Assembly: GCF_011386835.1 (NCBI RefSeq)
Contig: NC_088795.1
Coordinates: 100,626,001-100,690,000 of the forward strand
Origin: Chrysemys picta bellii
Lineage: Eukaryota
Direction of reading: 5' to 3'
Length of the DNA: 64,000 nt
Shown here: in pieces, positions 62,501-64,000 of the stretch
Layout: every line of letters begins with the position of its first letter
How positions within the stretch are numbered: position 1 is the stretch's first letter
Made by a program: the position numbers and the translations under genes
Notes under the pieces: generated by a model
Database searches by the model: none
Seen by the model: only the letters and a program-made list of their open reading frames with translations
Told to the model about the DNA's origin: nothing

Positions 62501-64000
62501 CGTCCTTTTGCTGGAAAAGTTACCATCAAGTACAATGAGAATTTTGTCCAAGAACTGCATGATCAAGCTAATTGTAAACACGGCCACTGTAAATGCCTAG
62601 CCAAGTGGACCTAAATTCTGTGGCAAGTTCCCTGGCTTCTTCAGCACTGTGATGAAAACTCTCTTCTAGCTTGACAAGTTACAAGATGGAGATTACTACT
62701 GAATTAAATTGGTGTAATTATGGGATTTAGAAACAGACTAAGTAGGGGCTATATGATTGTGGCAGCTGTGGGAATGATGAAGCTGTGTTGATAACTGAAC
62801 TGATGTTTAATTGTTCTGGCAAGATTTTAAAATCAAGTAATAATGTTTGGTGGGATGATCTGTTGCTGAAAGAGTTTCCACATGGGGTTGGATATTCTCC
62901 TGGGGACTTGTTCCTTGGTGTCCCTTCTTGGGGGTCTGGTGCATCATCCCTTCTGCAGTGGTGAGAGACAAGAGGTTTAGCTACATGTATATGGGAGCTT
63001 ATTATTGCCTCGCTCTCCCCCTTCTCCGCAATACACAACTAGAGATGTGAAGCAGCACCCCACTCTAGCTGTGGTTGCAGCTGTAGATGGGAAGGGAGCC
63101 CATTTTTGGGGTCAGGGATTTCAGGGTTATTTTAATCCTACTTTGTCATCGTTATTTATCTGAATTCATTGTCTCTACTGACGGATTCACAGTCTCTGCT
63201 AGACAAGTATGCAGCTCTGGCAACTATGCCAGTGACACAATGTGGTGGACAAGAGGGATGTGTGGTACTGCCACAGGCAGAGGACTCTGAAGACTAAGGA
63301 TAAAACACTGGTACTGGGGGATCTGGTCCCTTAATCCCTGCAGAGCTGGGCATGGAGAAAACTACGGAGCAGAGTATTTCCCAGATATAGACTAGGCATT
63401 TGACATTTAGTATCAGAGCCACTGGCCTTGTGTAGTATTCTATCTTAAAAGCAAGGAGGAGGGACTCTATTCTACAGTTCATGCTACTTAATTCAAGATC
63501 AGTAGCCATAACCATTTTGGCCATCTATGATCTAATTCTTGATGAAACACCTGATTTTGAATGTTACCAGGGCCAGCCAGGTCATGTTGCTTTTCCAACC
63601 TTGACAGTCACCTCTGTTATGCAGATCACCATGAGCAAAGGGGCAAGTAAGGATGTAGAGTAGCTGTGCTGGTCAAAATTGATTTTACATTTTGGAGGCC
63701 TCCACTCTAACCCTGTAGTTGTAATCATAAATAAAATAAACAAACAACCACCACCACATAGGTACGACATTTTCAAATGATACTGTGCTTTTTGAGTTAC
63801 TTTTCAAGTGGTCTTCACATAATAACTCCATCTTTTGACATTTTCCTTCCTTAATCTTTTTGGAGTTGTGATAGTGGAATACAATTGTTAAGGCTGTTTG
63901 CTAGTAAAATAAACAGATGACTTGAACATACATAAAGGGAACAAATAGCATATATGAACACTATGGGTATGTCTACATAGCAAAAAAACAAACAAACAAA

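Noticed and set aside
62727-63776. Cluster of 60-103 aa ORFs as a separate gene or upstream exon
   Set aside because: No similarity to the TBC1D1 N-terminus or any family I recognise; frames do not join. Probably decayed repeat or neutral intron.
1-64000. CRISPR arrays, rRNA, operon-like or prokaryotic systems
   Set aside because: None seen; the window is a spliced vertebrate gene with interspersed repeats.

Overview
Vertebrate genomic DNA, almost certainly a turtle. That call is inferred from the repeat repertoire: tRNA-head SINEs with CR1-type tails, CR1 LINEs, Penelope-like elements, and hAT and Harbinger MITEs. The whole window lies inside one gene, TBC1D1 (Rab GTPase-activating protein), on the minus strand. 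I reconstructed 13 coding exons (55160 down to 3988) with canonical GT-AG boundaries and a continuous reading frame. Eleven are constitutive and encode the rest of PTB1, PTB2 and the phospho-regulatory region up to just before the TBC domain. Two are tandem frame-preserving cassette exons (159 and 120 nt) equivalent to the mammalian muscle-isoform insert. The first coding exon and the TBC catalytic exons lie outside the window. Nearly all other ORFs in the supplied track are TE fragments or chance ORFs. The most unusual signals are: (1) a perfect 73-bp-arm hairpin inside a 97-bp insertion with a template-switch signature (7435-7617), plus two smaller perfect inverted repeats (54238-54313, 34124-34173); (2) a candidate in-frame alternative first exon (36822-36941) that would give a PTB-less TBC1D1; (3) a 227-bp local templated copy inserted into a CR1 and then hit by two MITEs (30216-30997); (4) a foldback-type hAT element; and (5) hammerhead-ribozyme cores in Penelope termini. 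I did not find a clearly new multi-gene system.
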